64,000 nt of DNA from Candidatus Bathyarchaeota archaeon (GTDB taxonomy: Archaea; Thermoproteota; Bathyarchaeia; Bathyarchaeales; Bathycorpusculaceae), in NCBI GenBank assembly GCA_963772455.1, contig CAVYXJ010000010.1:224001-288000 (forward strand), read 5' to 3'. The translations under genes and the position numbers were made by a program. Of the stretch, positions 62,568-64,000 are shown in pieces (within the stretch, counting starts at the first letter, position 1; the number at the start of each line of letters is the position of its first letter). The notes beneath the pieces are model-generated. The model made no database searches. It had not been told where the DNA came from and worked only from the letters and a program-made list of their open reading frames with translations.

Positions 62568-63656
62568 ATGGATATACTAATTGCGAATAATGAACTCAAA
62601 GCAAAAGCCTTCTTAGACGAAATTGAAGGCAAAAAACCCCTCTTCATCTGTACCATCGCGACCACCGAAACAGGGAAAATACCCGGTTTATCGGCGGCTG
62701 GAATGAACCCAGATTTTACTGATTTTACTCCGCCAGCAGACGCAGAACTGCTGCTTTTAGGAAAATGCAAATCGATTGCCGGGGTGCCGATAACGCCTGA
62801 CGGAATTCCGACACCAGGATTGATAACGATGTCGGCTTTACGTTTAGCAGACATACCTGTAATGGTTGTTAATGGTGGTGTGAAAGTTAAACCCCAGATT
62901 CCCTACATTGACTTGGGAGGTAGCAGTGGCAGAGATATCCGAACGGGCAATTCCGTCGATAACGTGGAAGAAGTTATTGAACGAGCAAAGATTTTAGGGG
63001 AACAAATGGCTAAAGTGTCGGATTACTTAGTTATTGGCGAGAGCATTCCTGGAGGAACAACAACTGCACTGGGTGTTCTGTCTGCTTTGGGAGTAAATGC
63101 ACAGGGAAAAGTAAGTAGCACCTTACCGGAAAACCCACACAATCTAAAAGCTGAAGTTGTTGCCGCTGGCTTAAAAGCTGCAAAAGAAAAATTCGGCAGT
63201 CTAAAAAATAACCCCATACAAGCGGTTTCCTGCGTAGGCGACCCAATGATGGCGGCTATGGCTGGCTTAGTTATTGGTGGAGCAAAACAGTCGCCTGTAT
63301 TGATGGCTGGTGGAACCCAAATGACTGCTGTTTTAGCAATAATTAACGCTTTAAACCCAGAAGCGCTGTGCAATGTGGCTGTGGGCACGACACGTTGGGT
63401 GGCAAAAGACAAACACTCCGACATCTGCGGCATAGTAAAACAATTCTGCGACGTACCCATTCTGGCGGCTGACCTAGATTTTGGTCCCTCAAAGTATCCA
63501 GGCTTGAGAATTTACGAAACAGGGCTCGTCAAAGAAGGCGTAGGCGCAGGCGGCGCATCAATTGCAGCCATGTCCAAACTTGGTGGCGCCGTCACGAAGG
63601 ATATACTTCTTAAGGAAATAGAGCGTAATTATGCTCTATTGATGAGCATAAAGTGA
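62568..63656 (+). CDS. cobT: Archaeal nicotinate-nucleotide:lower-base phosphoribosyltransferase CobT
   Basis: IPGLSAAG, TPPADAE, PTPGLIT, GESIPGGTTTA, GDPM, AGGTQM, VKEGVGAGG. Confidence 0.9.
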   Translation: MDILIANNELKAKAFLDEIEGKKPLFICTIATTETGKIPGLSAAGMNPDFTDFTPPADAELLLLGKCKSIAGVPITPDGIPTPGLITMSALRLADIPVMVVNGGVKVKPQIPYIDLGGSSGRDIRTGNSVDNVEEVIERAKILGEQMAKVSDYLVIGESIPGGTTTALGVLSALGVNAQGKVSSTLPENPHNLKAEVVAAGLKAAKEKFGSLKNNPIQAVSCVGDPMMAAMAGLVIGGAKQSPVLMAGGTQMTAVLAIINALNPEALCNVAVGTTRWVAKDKHSDICGIVKQFCDVPILAADLDFGPSKYPGLRIYETGLVKEGVGAGGASIAAMSKLGGAVTKDILLKEIERNYALLMSIK

Positions 63657-63663
63657 CTCGGGT

Positions 63664-64000
63664 TTGGTTGTTAAAGAGCTAAAGAATCTTTTTTCTTTCT
63701 TAACCGTTTTCCCAGTTGCCATGGACAAAGACTTACTTACGGACTGCGCACGAAACATGTGGGCTTTCCCATTAATCGGTGCTTTTCTTGGGTTACTAGC
63801 TGGCTTGTTCGGGTGGGTGGCATACCAGTTCTTGCCTGGTCTTGTTGTCGGCGCTTTGACGTTGGCTCTACTTCTATGGATGACTGGATTGCATCATACG
63901 GATGGGCTGTTGGACTTTGGCGACGGCATAATGGTGCATGGTTCCGCTGAACGTAAAATTGAAGTTATGCATGACCAGTTGACAGGTGCAGGCGCCATTG
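63664..64000 (+). CDS. cobS: Canonical cobalamin synthase CobS, 5' part (runs off window; not in the ORF track)
   Basis: TTG start; reads MVVKELKNLFSFLTVFP…TGLHHTDGLLDFGDG…MHDQLTGAGA. Confidence 0.85.
   Translation, partial: MVVKELKNLFSFLTVFPVAMDKDLLTDCARNMWAFPLIGAFLGLLAGLFGWVAYQFLPGLVVGALTLALLLWMTGLHHTDGLLDFGDGIMVHGSAERKIEVMHDQLTGAGAI

Noticed and set aside
224-63460. Numerous short antisense or overlapping ORFs in the six-frame track (e.g. 15786-16280, 25484-25927, 36084-36512, 37520-37978, 63023-63460)
   Set aside because: They are shadows of well-supported genes on the other strand or frame and carry no motifs
63759-63950. 63-aa ORF in the track
   Set aside because: It is an alternative frame of the cobS gene starting at 63664
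1-64000. CRISPR array or rRNA/full tRNA genes
   Set aside because: No regularly spaced repeat-spacer units and no complete tRNA or rRNA were seen; only a 3' tRNA-like fragment at 36841-36871

Overview
Archaeal genomic window, most likely Bathyarchaeia. This is inferred from archaeal-type CobT/CobZ/CobY, a DGGGP synthase next to a tetraether-synthase-like radical SAM gene, and the expanded family of large PQQ-like beta-propeller surface proteins ending in RKRP. The backbone is a very dense cofactor/envelope-modification region: five B12-binding (class B) radical SAM enzymes, two SPASM and one HemN-like radical SAM enzymes, a Tes/GDGT-MAS-like enzyme in an operon with a UbiA prenyltransferase and an epimerase, five glycosyltransferases, two methyltransferases, and cobamide nucleotide-loop genes with two different cobS copies. 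An accessory stretch of about 15 kb (c. 33.4-48.9 kb) interrupts it. That stretch holds an orphan HTH + terminase-large-subunit module with no structural phage genes, a VapBC pair bracketed by a duplicated terminase tail, and a tRNA-3'-like fragment fused to a truncated P-type ATPase pseudogene. It also holds a DedA-LPG-synthase fusion and a DUF5131 + TcmP + wHTH/nuclease-like locus. A collapsed remnant of a beta-propeller gene (head joined to tail) lies at c. 23.84-24.09 kb. About ten genes carry single-base frameshifts that most likely reflect sequencing error. All calls come from motif reading without database searches.
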